Shown here one piece after another: positions 31,113 through 40,175 of a DNA stretch of 64,000 nucleotides. The stretch is from contig JBMFRB010000003.1 of NCBI GenBank assembly GCA_049968255.1, forward strand, positions 224,998 through 288,997, in the 5' to 3' direction. Under the pieces are notes generated by a model. The model was not told the origin of the DNA. It was given only the letters and a program-made list of their open reading frames with translations, and did not search any database. Position 1 is the stretch's first letter, and each line of letters opens with the position of its first letter. A program made the position numbers and the translations under genes. This DNA is from Candidatus Sumerlaeaceae bacterium. GTDB taxonomy: Bacteria; Sumerlaeota; Sumerlaeia; Sumerlaeales; Sumerlaeaceae.

Positions 31113-31372
31113 CGCGGCAATTAGCATGGGGGCGATTTATGCGACAAACAGTCGGCATGATGAAATGTTCCTTCACGACAGAAACGCAGTTAATATAATA
31201 ATATAATGTTCTCTCAATAGCAAAAAAAGAGAACGATGGCACGTCTCGCCTCTGACGCCGGAGCTGGCGTCAGGAATCATGAGCTCATGCCATACGGCTT
31301 TTCTGCCAACACGGTACTTCGCGCAAGTTTGGGGACGGCTACCGGCGGCCGAGCGCTGGTTTGTCGTTTTTG

Positions 31373-32314
31373 TCAATTCGCCTTCGTATCGATTGGCTCC
31401 TGTGGGGAGGACCTCACAGCGCGTGGCTGTCCGTGGCCGCGAGGCCGATCGCGCGTCTCCGATTCTCTCGAGCTTTCGCGCATCGCCGCAGACTTTGTCC
31501 GCAGCGTTGACAAGAGCTCCGTTAGGTCATCGAGCTGATTCTGAACGTTTTCCAGCCGCCGCCGCAATTCATCCTGCTCGCGCTGCAAGCGGTCGAGTTG
31601 GCGCAGGGCCCCTTCGATGGCCTCCTGGCTCGTGCGTTCCTGCTGCCACATAGCACGCGTGAGCGCCCCGAACCACTCTCCGGCATTTCCAGCTTCATCG
31701 AGGCGATCGAGTTGGGCAAGCACTGCCCCGTAGTAGCGCCGCCAACGTTTTGCCATCGGAGTGCCCTCACCCTTCGTGGCTTGGTGCTCGGCAGGCGCAG
31801 GATGCTCATCAAGCTGGTCGAGCCGAAGCTTCACTTCCTGTTCAATGATGCGACGATCAGCTTTGAGTTGACTCAGAAGGGCAATAGACTGTGTATTGAG
31901 TTCATCCTCGCGCTTGAGCACCTCGTGAAATCGTGCCAACTGCTCCGCCGCGGGCCTTTCCGAACTTCGCGCAATCTGCTCGCGCTCGCGTTGTAGCTTC
32001 ATTCGTTCCTTTTGAATCGCCACGAATGCTTGCAGGTGTTTCGCGAGTGTCGGCACGCGGTGCAGCTCTTCCCAGAGATCTGCCCGCAAGCCTAAAGGAT
32101 CAGTTGTCCGCCCCTCGCGCTCTAACCACATTCGGCGCCATAGAGGACCATGCCCCCCGCGTATTTGGTCGACCAACCGATCATGTTGCGCCACAGCATT
32201 GGAAGCCTCGGCACGACGCTGCGGCTCAGTCACGGGGGGCTGTGCACCGACTGCGATGGTCAAGCTCAGTGCGCCGAGAAAGAGAAATGTCCTCCACGAA
32301 TTTCGCTGGTTCAT
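31373..32314 (-). CDS. Secreted coiled-coil hypothetical protein
   Basis: ATG at 32314 after GAGAGGAAG; Sec-type signal MNQRNSWRTFLFLGALSLTIAVGA; heptad-rich segments (LRQLDRLQREQDELRRRLENVQNQLDDLTELL). Confidence 0.65.
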   Translation of the reverse strand: MNQRNSWRTFLFLGALSLTIAVGAQPPVTEPQRRAEASNAVAQHDRLVDQIRGGHGPLWRRMWLEREGRTTDPLGLRADLWEELHRVPTLAKHLQAFVAIQKERMKLQREREQIARSSERPAAEQLARFHEVLKREDELNTQSIALLSQLKADRRIIEQEVKLRLDQLDEHPAPAEHQATKGEGTPMAKRWRRYYGAVLAQLDRLDEAGNAGEWFGALTRAMWQQERTSQEAIEGALRQLDRLQREQDELRRRLENVQNQLDDLTELLSTLRTKSAAMRESSRESETRDRPRGHGQPRAVRSSPQEPIDTKAN

Positions 32315-32439
32315 GTGCAATGCTTCCTCTCGCCGACTCTTCGGCTTCTTCGTAACAAACGAGCACAACGTGTGCCAGCCGAGCTGGTCGGTCTAAGGAG
32401 GACAGGGTGGTGGGTTTTCTTGGCGGCTTCAATGGAAAA

Positions 32440-32853
32440 TCAACGCCAGAGATCCGGATCACTCTCCTCGGGCAATCCTTCGATAAGTTGAGTTGCAGCC
32501 TCGAGCAGCTCTTGAGAGTCTGTGAGAAGCCCCTCTAGGCGCTCACGAAGTTCTTGCGTGCTGGCGTGCAGAAGGGTGGTGGATATGAAGCCCTGCGTTG
32601 TAGGCGAGTGGGCACGAAGTGCCAAAAAACGCATACTCTGGAAACGGGGATCGAATTCCGGATTCATAGCTCGCACGGCCATCTCCAGCACCACTTCCGA
32701 TTCGCTGCCGTTGAGCGACGAGCGATGCCTTACGCGCCGCGCGGCTACTAAATCCGGAAACAATCCCGCCTGCGCCACAAACTCGCCGTATTTCGAAACG
32801 AGCTCGTGGAGCATCTCCCGGATGGCATTGTTCAGTGTCATCGCTTCCGCCAT
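32440..32853 (-). CDS. Hypothetical protein (137 aa)
   Basis: ATG-started ORF filling the gap divergent from truB; ordinary globular composition; no motif recognised. Confidence 0.55.
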   Translation of the reverse strand: MAEAMTLNNAIREMLHELVSKYGEFVAQAGLFPDLVAARRVRHRSSLNGSESEVVLEMAVRAMNPEFDPRFQSMRFLALRAHSPTTQGFISTTLLHASTQELRERLEGLLTDSQELLEAATQLIEGLPEESDPDLWR

Positions 32854-32965
32854 AAAGCAACAAGCAAATAGGCTGGCGTCTAGTAGCTATTCACAGGCGG
32901 GCTGGAACTTTTCTGCTTGTGTGCTGAATGCGAAGCCAGCAGGGCGCGTAAGCTAAACGCGTTCT

Positions 32966-34039
32966 ATGAAGCGAAACATCAGGCGCCACGAAGCCGAACT
33001 CGCGGGTGTGCTTCCCGTTTGGAAGGAACCAGGGCCAACCTCGCACGATGTGGTGGATATGGTGCGGCGTGCCGCAAAAATGCGGCAGGTCGGCCATACG
33101 GGCACGCTTGACCCGGCTGCCGAAGGACTGCTCGTGCTGTGCCTCGGCCCCTACACCAAGCTTGCGCCCTTTCTTATGGATACCGATAAGGAATACCGCG
33201 GTTATTTTTGCCTCGGCGCGGAAACAGACACCGACGACGTCGAAGGGACAGTGATCCAGCTCGGGCAACTGCAAAACGTGACGGCGCAGCGTTTGCACGA
33301 GACTGCCGATCAATTTTTGGGCGAGATCGAGCAAGTCCCGCCGCGTTTTTCTGCCGTAAAGCGCGACGGCAAAAAGCTCTATGAATTGGCGCGGGCCGGC
33401 AAGGATGTGCACGCCGAGCCGCGGCGCGTGAAAATTTACGAGTTCGAAATCGGACCTCCAGAGCCGTGCGAACTTCCGGCGCAAATGCTCCAGCGCACAA
33501 GCGACGAAACCATGCGTGCGGCACTCGAAAACGTACGGCCGCACCTTGTGCGCGTACCATTTCGTACGCGCGTTTCCAGCGGTACCTACGTCCGATCATT
33601 GGCGCGCGACCTCGGGCGTGCTCTGGGCTGTCGCGCCTTTCTCCTGTCTCTCGAAAGGACCGCCACCGGTGTCTTTACCGTTGAACATGCGCTGCCGATG
33701 CACGAACTTGAATCAGCCACGCCCGAGCAGCTTGACGAATGGCTCGTGCGTGGAATCGAGGTCATCGATCGCAGCAAATATCCTGTACTCCATCTCCTGC
33801 CGGCCTATGCTTCGCGGCTGGCGCAGGGCCAGCCTCTGCTCAACACCATGTTCGAGGAGATGGACGAAGCAGGCGAAGTGCCCAGCGGCATGATCTGCGC
33901 CGTGACCGATGAGGTGGGCGGAATTCTCGCCATGGTCCAGGCACAAAGATTAGAAAAGCTCCAGCGCAAGAATCCTTACGCTGGAGCCAAAATCGCAGGC
34001 TTTCGCCCAATCCGCATTTTTCCCGGCGGATTGCGATAA
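32966..34039 (+). CDS. truB: tRNA pseudouridine(55) synthase TruB
   Basis: KEPGPTSHDVV, GHTGTLDP, QVPPRFSAVK.DGKKLYELAR, SGTYVRSLARDLG. Confidence 0.95.
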   Translation: MKRNIRRHEAELAGVLPVWKEPGPTSHDVVDMVRRAAKMRQVGHTGTLDPAAEGLLVLCLGPYTKLAPFLMDTDKEYRGYFCLGAETDTDDVEGTVIQLGQLQNVTAQRLHETADQFLGEIEQVPPRFSAVKRDGKKLYELARAGKDVHAEPRRVKIYEFEIGPPEPCELPAQMLQRTSDETMRAALENVRPHLVRVPFRTRVSSGTYVRSLARDLGRALGCRAFLLSLERTATGVFTVEHALPMHELESATPEQLDEWLVRGIEVIDRSKYPVLHLLPAYASRLAQGQPLLNTMFEEMDEAGEVPSGMICAVTDEVGGILAMVQAQRLEKLQRKNPYAGAKIAGFRPIRIFPGGLR

Positions 34040-34095
34040 CTCCCCGCAAACTCTCCGCGGAACTGTCCGGCGGCGACGCCGCCCCTACCTTCACC

Positions 34096-34743
34096 TTAGG
34101 ACGAGGGGAAAGGAACGAAGCGGTCGAACCCCGTGTTCGGGCCGTAAGTAATGTCGCCGTTGCTCACGGTGCCGTTCGTCGGATCATAGGGTGTACCCGA
34201 ATCTGGGCCATCAGCGTCAGGGCCACGGCTGTGGAGACGATAGGGCCCATAATGTTGGGCTGCATACGCGAATGTTGGCGCATGGGGATCCGTCGCCAAC
34301 GCCTGAAGCGCATAGTTCCAGTTGACGTACATGTACTCGCGCACTTCGGGCGGCAGACTTGTCTTGTGGGCTGCGAAGGGATCCGTCGGCATGCTCGTGA
34401 TGTAACCGATCGGCGTAGTCAGTGGATTGCGGCCATCCCACGTTGTGTCAGGCACTCCGAAACCCGTCACTTGCCCGCCAAGGTGAAACTCGAGCGCTGC
34501 CTGGGGCACGTTCGAATAGTGGTAGGTTGGGTAGCCCCCATGGTCCACGGCGTAGGCCTCGAGTGCTGTCACCACTGTCTTCATGTCGGCCTTGGCACGC
34601 GAGGCTTTCGAGCGCACCTGGGCATCGAGGAAATTCACAAGCGCGATACCCGCGAGAATGGAAATGATCGCCACCACAATGAGGAGCTCAATGAGCGTAA
34701 ATGCCCGGCGGCGGCAAAGCGGTTGAAGCCTTTCCTCACGCAT
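34096..34743 (-). CDS. Prepilin-type N-terminal cleavage/methylation domain protein (type IV pilin/pseudopilin-like)
   Basis: RRRA|FTLIELLIVVAIISILAGIA class III signal with E5; ATG at 34743 after GGAGG; C-terminal SRGPD...YDPTNGTVSNGDI. Confidence 0.9.
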   Translation of the reverse strand: MREERLQPLCRRRAFTLIELLIVVAIISILAGIALVNFLDAQVRSKASRAKADMKTVVTALEAYAVDHGGYPTYHYSNVPQAALEFHLGGQVTGFGVPDTTWDGRNPLTTPIGYITSMPTDPFAAHKTSLPPEVREYMYVNWNYALQALATDPHAPTFAYAAQHYGPYRLHSRGPDADGPDSGTPYDPTNGTVSNGDITYGPNTGFDRFVPFPSS

Positions 34744-34819
34744 AATCGTTACCTCCACACTTTGTTTTAGCAACAAAGACGAAATGATGACAACAAAGAT
34801 AGACGGCCGTCAAAGATGA

Positions 34820-35260
34820 CTAAGGAGCAAAACGTGGGCCGAGATGATAGAGCATGAGGTAAATGACTACGCCCGTGACCGACACATAGAGCCAAAGCGG
34901 GGCCAGCCAACGCGCTAAACGCTTGTGTTTTTCGTATTTACATTGAATTGCCCAGATAACCGCCGTGAGAATCAGGGGCACAATCACCGCCGCCAGAACG
35001 GTGTGCGTCAGCAAAATTATCAAATAGAGTGTTCGGATTAGGGACGGTGCCACAAACCGCGTTGTTCCGTGCACGCTGTGATAAGTGAGATAACCGGTCA
35101 GAAACAGGGCAGAGCAGACAAGGGCGGCCACCATGAGTGCAATGTGAGCTTTCCGAACACCACGGCGAATCGCAATCCAGCCACTCACTGCCAAAATGGC
35201 AGATGTCGCGTTGAGACATGCGTTCAAGCCCGGTAAAGAACCAATAAAATTCTCACTCAT
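34820..35260 (-). CDS. DUF420 (CtaM-like) membrane protein
   Basis: LNACLN, FLTGYLTYH, YLIILLTH, HKRLARW, LWLYVSVTGVVIYLML; located in the cta operon. Confidence 0.85.
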   Translation of the reverse strand: MSENFIGSLPGLNACLNATSAILAVSGWIAIRRGVRKAHIALMVAALVCSALFLTGYLTYHSVHGTTRFVAPSLIRTLYLIILLTHTVLAAVIVPLILTAVIWAIQCKYEKHKRLARWLAPLWLYVSVTGVVIYLMLYHLGPRFAP

Positions 35261-35934
35261 CCAGCAGATTTCTCTTTTCGCAATGCTAAAATGGCCTCTT
35301 GCAGTTTCTTGATCTCGTTGGAATCCAGCCCGTCATAGTAGCCGCGAATTCGGCCCCTGCGATCAATAAGCACAAACTTGCTGCTGTGAATAATGGGTTC
35401 ATTGTCGGGCGCCGCCCCCGGTGCGGGCTGATCCTCGACTCCTAATTTGAACCCTCCGCGTATGAACTTGTAAATCGTCGCCTTGTCGCCTGTGCAGAAG
35501 GACCAGCGCCATGGATCGTAATCGTAGCGCAGCGCGTAGTCCTGCAAAGTGGCGGTGGTGTCGTGTTCCGGATCCACGCTGAGCGAGAAAAGCAACACGT
35601 CGTCAATTTTTTGTTTGTTTAGCCACCGCTGAAGCTCGCGCATTGCCGCTGTCATGCGTGGGCATTGTCCACCGCAGCGCGTGAAGATGAAGTCCGCCAC
35701 CCAAAGCGTACCGCCAAAGGTGCTCTTCGTCACAGGCTCGCCTCGTTCATTGAGAAAGCTAAATTCCGGCACTTCGCCAAAGACTTCGAGCGGTGCTTGC
35801 GTCGGACGGGTGCGTTGTCGGATCGCAGCAGCGAGAAGCAAAGCCAGCACAGCCGCTGCTAGCGTAAGGGCCAGTCCCCATGGAATGGGCACACGGGGCG
35901 GGGTCATTGGTTTGGCGTCGTGGTTCTCCGACAT
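35257..35934 (-). CDS. SCO1/SenC copper chaperone
   Basis: N-terminal membrane anchor, FIFTRCGGQCP (CxxxC), SVDPEHD, IIHS..FVLID..GRIRGYY. Confidence 0.92.
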   Translation of the reverse strand: MSENHDAKPMTPPRVPIPWGLALTLAAAVLALLLAAAIRQRTRPTQAPLEVFGEVPEFSFLNERGEPVTKSTFGGTLWVADFIFTRCGGQCPRMTAAMRELQRWLNKQKIDDVLLFSLSVDPEHDTTATLQDYALRYDYDPWRWSFCTGDKATIYKFIRGGFKLGVEDQPAPGAAPDNEPIIHSSKFVLIDRRGRIRGYYDGLDSNEIKKLQEAILALRKEKSAG

Positions 35935-36674
35935 GCCATCCTCCAGGCAAACACAAAACTCAAGATGCCGAATGCAACGAGGAGCACAAGAGGCCCCATC
36001 AGGCTCTGATCTGACGTTATCCCTAACGCGTGTGCCAAAAGCCGGTGGGCATAGCTAAGCGGGTCGAGCGCCATGGCCCACCTAATGAAAGGCGAAGCTC
36101 CGGGAGCCGGGAAAAGAGCTCCTGAAAATAGCCACATCGGGAACAAAACGAGATTCATGATGCCATGGAATCCCGGAATTGAATCAATGCGCCACGCGAA
36201 GCCAACTCCAACAGCCGAAAGAGCCAAGCTTGCCAAAAGCAGCACTCCCGAGACGCTCAAAACGGTGGAAACGTCTAATGTCCCAATGACGGGCAAGGCT
36301 AGCAGCAGGAGCAACACCGATTGGCTGACGGCAAGAAAAGCTCCGCCGAGAACTTTCCCGGCTACCACAGCACCGCGGCTGACCGGTGCAACAAGCACCC
36401 CCTGCAGAAAGCCCTCGCGGCGATCTTCGATGAGCGAGATGGCACCGAAAATTGAGGAGAAAAGCACCACCATGAGAAGGGCACCAGGAAAGAAATAACG
36501 CTGGAATCCTCCCGCTAGGCCCGGCATTTGAAAGGAGGTGCCTAGCCCGGCCCCAAGCACAAGCCAGAACAGCAAGGGCGTCCCGACGGCGGCTGCAACG
36601 CGGCTTCGCTGCCGGAAGAAACCGACGATCTCTCTGTGAGCTAAGGCCCATGTCGCCATCAGGTCGTCTCTCAT
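35904..36674 (-). CDS. ABC-2 type exporter permease
   Basis: Six hydrophobic segments, DRREGFLQGVLVAPVSR, FSGALFP, DPLSYA. Confidence 0.88.
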   Translation of the reverse strand: MRDDLMATWALAHREIVGFFRQRSRVAAAVGTPLLFWLVLGAGLGTSFQMPGLAGGFQRYFFPGALLMVVLFSSIFGAISLIEDRREGFLQGVLVAPVSRGAVVAGKVLGGAFLAVSQSVLLLLLALPVIGTLDVSTVLSVSGVLLLASLALSAVGVGFAWRIDSIPGFHGIMNLVLFPMWLFSGALFPAPGASPFIRWAMALDPLSYAHRLLAHALGITSDQSLMGPLVLLVAFGILSFVFAWRMACRRTTTPNQ

Positions 36675-37708
36675 GGCGCGTCCTCGCTGTCGGCCTGCTC
36701 AACGTCGCAGGCGCGACCCGTTGCATGGATGAACACATCCTCCAGCGTGGGCTGGGCAAGCATGACAGTGGAAACAAGGCCCCTGTTTTTTTCCACCAAC
36801 TCGACAATAAATCGCGACGAGTGGCCATTCATCGCCTTGGGCAATTCAATACGCAGCCGTCCCTTGATCAACTGTGGCGTCAGTCCCCACGTTGTGCGTA
36901 CTCGCTCGGTGATGAGTGCGGGATCAGAGGACGTTACCCACAAGACGTGGCCGCCTACCTGCGCAATCAGCTCGGCTGGGCGTCCTTGCGCAACAGTCTG
37001 GCCGCGATCTAAAATCACCACCTCATCACAAAGCTCACCTTCATCGAGCAAATGGGTGGTGAGCAGCACACTCAATCGCTCAGCCTCACACAGCCGGCGG
37101 ATGTATTCCAGCAGTTTATGCCGGCTCGTGACGTCCAATCCAGTGGTCGGCTCGTCGAGGACGAGCACGCGGGGCCCAGGAAGGAGCGCCTTGGCGATCT
37201 CCACGCGGCGTTGAAGTCCCCCAGAGAGAGTTCGCACAAATTCGTCGGCGCGATCCGTGATTTCACACACTGCAAGCGCATGTTCAATGCGTTTGGCAAG
37301 TTCCCTGCCGCGTAAACCATAAAGCAGACCGTGATAAGACAAATTCTCTCGCACAGTAAGCCGCTTGTCCAGGCTAGGCGACTGAAAAACCACTCCCAGG
37401 CAGCGCCTCACGTCGCGGGTATGATGGCGCGTGTCGAGGCCGAGCACGCGGATTGTGCCACCCTGTGGGAAATCCAGCGTGGCCACGAGACGGAGCAATG
37501 TGGACTTGCCGCTCCCGTTCGGACCCAACAAACCGCAGAGTTTGCCGGCTGGCAGCGAAAGGGAGAAATTGGAAAAAATACGTCGCTGCCCGTAAGCGAA
37601 TTCTACGGCCTGGGCGGCCACCGCCCATTCCTCCGATACGTGGTCATCGCTGGGTATTCCTGCGCCGCGATGCTGCGTCGCGCTTGCCTGTCTCGCCAAA
37701 TTCATCAT
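36671..37708 (-). CDS. ABC exporter ATP-binding subunit (DrrA/NodI-like)
   Basis: GPNGSGKST, VVFQ, LSGGLQRR, LDEPTTGLD, TTH, PTLEDVF; ATG at 37708 overlaps the ctaB stop (ATGA). Confidence 0.9.
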   Translation of the reverse strand: MMNLARQASATQHRGAGIPSDDHVSEEWAVAAQAVEFAYGQRRIFSNFSLSLPAGKLCGLLGPNGSGKSTLLRLVATLDFPQGGTIRVLGLDTRHHTRDVRRCLGVVFQSPSLDKRLTVRENLSYHGLLYGLRGRELAKRIEHALAVCEITDRADEFVRTLSGGLQRRVEIAKALLPGPRVLVLDEPTTGLDVTSRHKLLEYIRRLCEAERLSVLLTTHLLDEGELCDEVVILDRGQTVAQGRPAELIAQVGGHVLWVTSSDPALITERVRTTWGLTPQLIKGRLRIELPKAMNGHSSRFIVELVEKNRGLVSTVMLAQPTLEDVFIHATGRACDVEQADSEDAP

Positions 37709-38622
37709 CCAATACGATCCACAAGCATGAGGGAAAAAAGCAGTGCGTGATAAGCTAGCGAGCCAAAAAAGACCCAGTAGGCGCGTCGAATTGACGGAAG
37801 CCGCATCCAATGCCAGCTCAAGCTGAGTAAACCTAGGCCTAGCACAAGCGCCCCCAACAGATACCACACGCCGCAAAGCTGGGCCACGGCCGGCCCCACG
37901 CTGCTGGCCAGCAAAGCAGCCGAATAAAGCAGAGTCTGACGCGACGACATAGCTCCCGAAGCATCGAACACCGTGAGCATGGGCATGCCCGCCTGGGCAT
38001 AATCGTCGCGATAAATCCAGCCAATGGAAATAAAATGAGGGAGCTGCCAAAAAAACATGATAATAAAGAGACTCATTGCGCCAAAATCGAGGGAATGTTG
38101 GGCAGCTGCCCAGCCAATGAGCGTGGGCATGGCGCCCGGGACTGCGCCAACAATGGTGCTGAGCGACGTAACACGCTTGAGAGGGGTGTAAACGCCCGCG
38201 TACAGGAAAATGGTAAGAGCTAGCAACATGGCAGCGAGGGCATGAGTCGTCACACTAAGCAGCGAGACCCCAGCCGCCGAACTTCCCAGCGCAAAGGCGA
38301 GCGCAAAAGAGGGCGACAGCCGCCCACTAGGCAGAGGGCGATTGCGCGTGCGGTTCATCACGCTATCGAGATCACGCTCAATGTACTGGTTCGCAGCACT
38401 TGCTCCTGCCGCTCCGAGCATGCAGCCCAGCAGCAGAAAGGTAAGCCTCAAATAGTTCACTTCTGCCGGTGAGGCCAGGACAAAGCCCACCCCGGCCGTG
38501 AAAGCTGTGAGCAGAACGATGCGCAGCTTGGCGAGCTCCGCGACGTCCGCAACCAACGTCGCGTGCGCTACGTGGGTCATCGTTTCGGGATTTGGCGCGC
38601 GACCACTCATTCTCACGTACAA
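37705..38622 (-). CDS. ctaB: Protoheme IX farnesyltransferase (heme O synthase)
   Basis: NQYIERDLDSVMNRTRNRPLPSGR, YTPLKR, GAVPGAMP, FFWQLPHF, DDYAQAGMPML. Confidence 0.94.
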   Translation of the reverse strand: MYVRMSGRAPNPETMTHVAHATLVADVAELAKLRIVLLTAFTAGVGFVLASPAEVNYLRLTFLLLGCMLGAAGASAANQYIERDLDSVMNRTRNRPLPSGRLSPSFALAFALGSSAAGVSLLSVTTHALAAMLLALTIFLYAGVYTPLKRVTSLSTIVGAVPGAMPTLIGWAAAQHSLDFGAMSLFIIMFFWQLPHFISIGWIYRDDYAQAGMPMLTVFDASGAMSSRQTLLYSAALLASSVGPAVAQLCGVWYLLGALVLGLGLLSLSWHWMRLPSIRRAYWVFFGSLAYHALLFSLMLVDRIG

Positions 38623-38627
38623 GTCTC

Positions 38628-39623
38628 CTATGAAGCCGTCCGGCGTGCGACCGGTGCGACACGCCGCAATGCCAACGCTGACAACACTGTCAAAGCGAGA
38701 ATTGCCGCACCCAAAGCCACATGCCCCACGCTCACGCCCACGTGATGCAGACGCGCAAGCTCCGGCTCAGGGCGTGCGCGATTGGCGAAGACGGCTGCCC
38801 CGCCCAAGAGCATCTGGAGAATGACTATCCCGCTCAGCGCCAGCAAAGCGCGCCGAAGAAACCTCAGCTCGGCAAATTGGCCCAGCACTCGGAGCGTTAG
38901 AAAAAAGATAAAACCCGCCACAATGACAGCTCCGGCGATGTGAAAAATCAGATGCGGAGTAAAACCGCTTTGCGAGTGCCGAAGCCCCGCCCCTAATAAC
39001 AGCTGGATAAAAACAAGCCAGGCCGCAACGGTCATTTGCCGGCGAATACTCACGATGTGGGGGAAATGGGAAAGATCCTTCGCCGTTCGCCACCATCGGC
39101 TTGTGACCAGCGCCAACCCCATCATCGTGGCCAGGTAGCTTTGCCCTAAAACTCCGTGCACCACCGACACGTACGGATTGCGCAAGGAATGAATGACAAG
39201 CCCCCCGACGGCAGCCTGCGCCGCAACAAGGGCGACGGCAAACCATGCAAATTTTTTCACCGCGCGCGAGACGTCGGCAAGCGAAAGGGCAATGGCCTGA
39301 AGCAGCGTGGCCAAGCCCGTCACCGCTGCTAAAACTCTATGGGAATCCTCAAAGACAAGGCCACCAATAAAAGTCTCTTTTGTCGGAAAAGGTTGGCCGA
39401 CAAAGGCTGGCCACGTAGGATCCGAAAGAGCAGCCTTCATGCTGGTGACGAGCGAACCGGCCACGAGCAACACATAGGTGAGGATCGCCGTGGATTTCGT
39501 CATGAGCCCCAGCAGACGGGCCTTGTGGTCCCAGGCAAGAGCGACAGACCCACCACCTGGATCGGAGGCGAGTCCAGAACCCGGAATTCTCTCGGAGGCG
39601 AAGGCGGATATCTCACCTCTCAT
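38628..39623 (-). CDS. ctaA: Heme A synthase (COX15/CtaA); start uncertain (39623 or 39503)
   Basis: GSLVTS..ALSDPTWP, FEDSHR, QAAVGG, VVHG, QLLLGAGLRH, GHVALG; about 8 TM helices; directly upstream of ctaB. Confidence 0.82.
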   Translation of the reverse strand: MRGEISAFASERIPGSGLASDPGGGSVALAWDHKARLLGLMTKSTAILTYVLLVAGSLVTSMKAALSDPTWPAFVGQPFPTKETFIGGLVFEDSHRVLAAVTGLATLLQAIALSLADVSRAVKKFAWFAVALVAAQAAVGGLVIHSLRNPYVSVVHGVLGQSYLATMMGLALVTSRWWRTAKDLSHFPHIVSIRRQMTVAAWLVFIQLLLGAGLRHSQSGFTPHLIFHIAGAVIVAGFIFFLTLRVLGQFAELRFLRRALLALSGIVILQMLLGGAAVFANRARPEPELARLHHVGVSVGHVALGAAILALTVLSALALRRVAPVARRTAS

Positions 39624-40175
39624 CGGCGAGCCTCGCAGACGTAGTTCTTGCGTATCTCGTACGTTCGTGTCGTCGCTGTGTAGACACTTTGAGGAGCCCT
39701 GTCTCAAATCTTGCTCGCGTGGCTCGGGCCATGGGGTGCAACCTAGGAGTTGAGAGCCACGATCGCCGCACTGCGGCAATGTTTATTGTTGACTACAAAA
39801 GAAGATCGTATTTTATCGGTACTATTTTCAAGTCTTCACAAGGTTTGCCTCTTTTTTCTCACCGATCCGGATGTCATGCGCGACGGATTTGGCTGAGAAA
39901 TCCTTTGTCAACGAGAGGATCAGTTTGGGAAATCCACGCCACAACTCATGGAAAATGAATAATCTTAGCCAATTTTTGGATCGATCTAATTTTCTCTTGC
40001 TTTTGAATCTGCCTTTCTGGTTTTATCTGAACGATAGCTTGCCATACGGGGTTCTATCGCGGCGCAAACAGCAGCAGCAATTTTCTTAGGTGGTCGAGAA
40101 AAGCGAGGCTTTGCCCTGCAGCGACGTTCACCGTATCCCAGCTCCAGGTTAAAACGTGAAAGAAAGACCCTAACG

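Noticed and set aside
37709-38050. N-terminal extension of the ABC ATPase ORF in the ORF track
   Set aside because: Overlaps ctaB in another frame; the ATGA-coupled start at 37708 is more plausible.
39824-39841. Rex/FNR-type operator upstream of ctaA
   Set aside because: Only one half-site (TTCACAA) matches; the other half does not.
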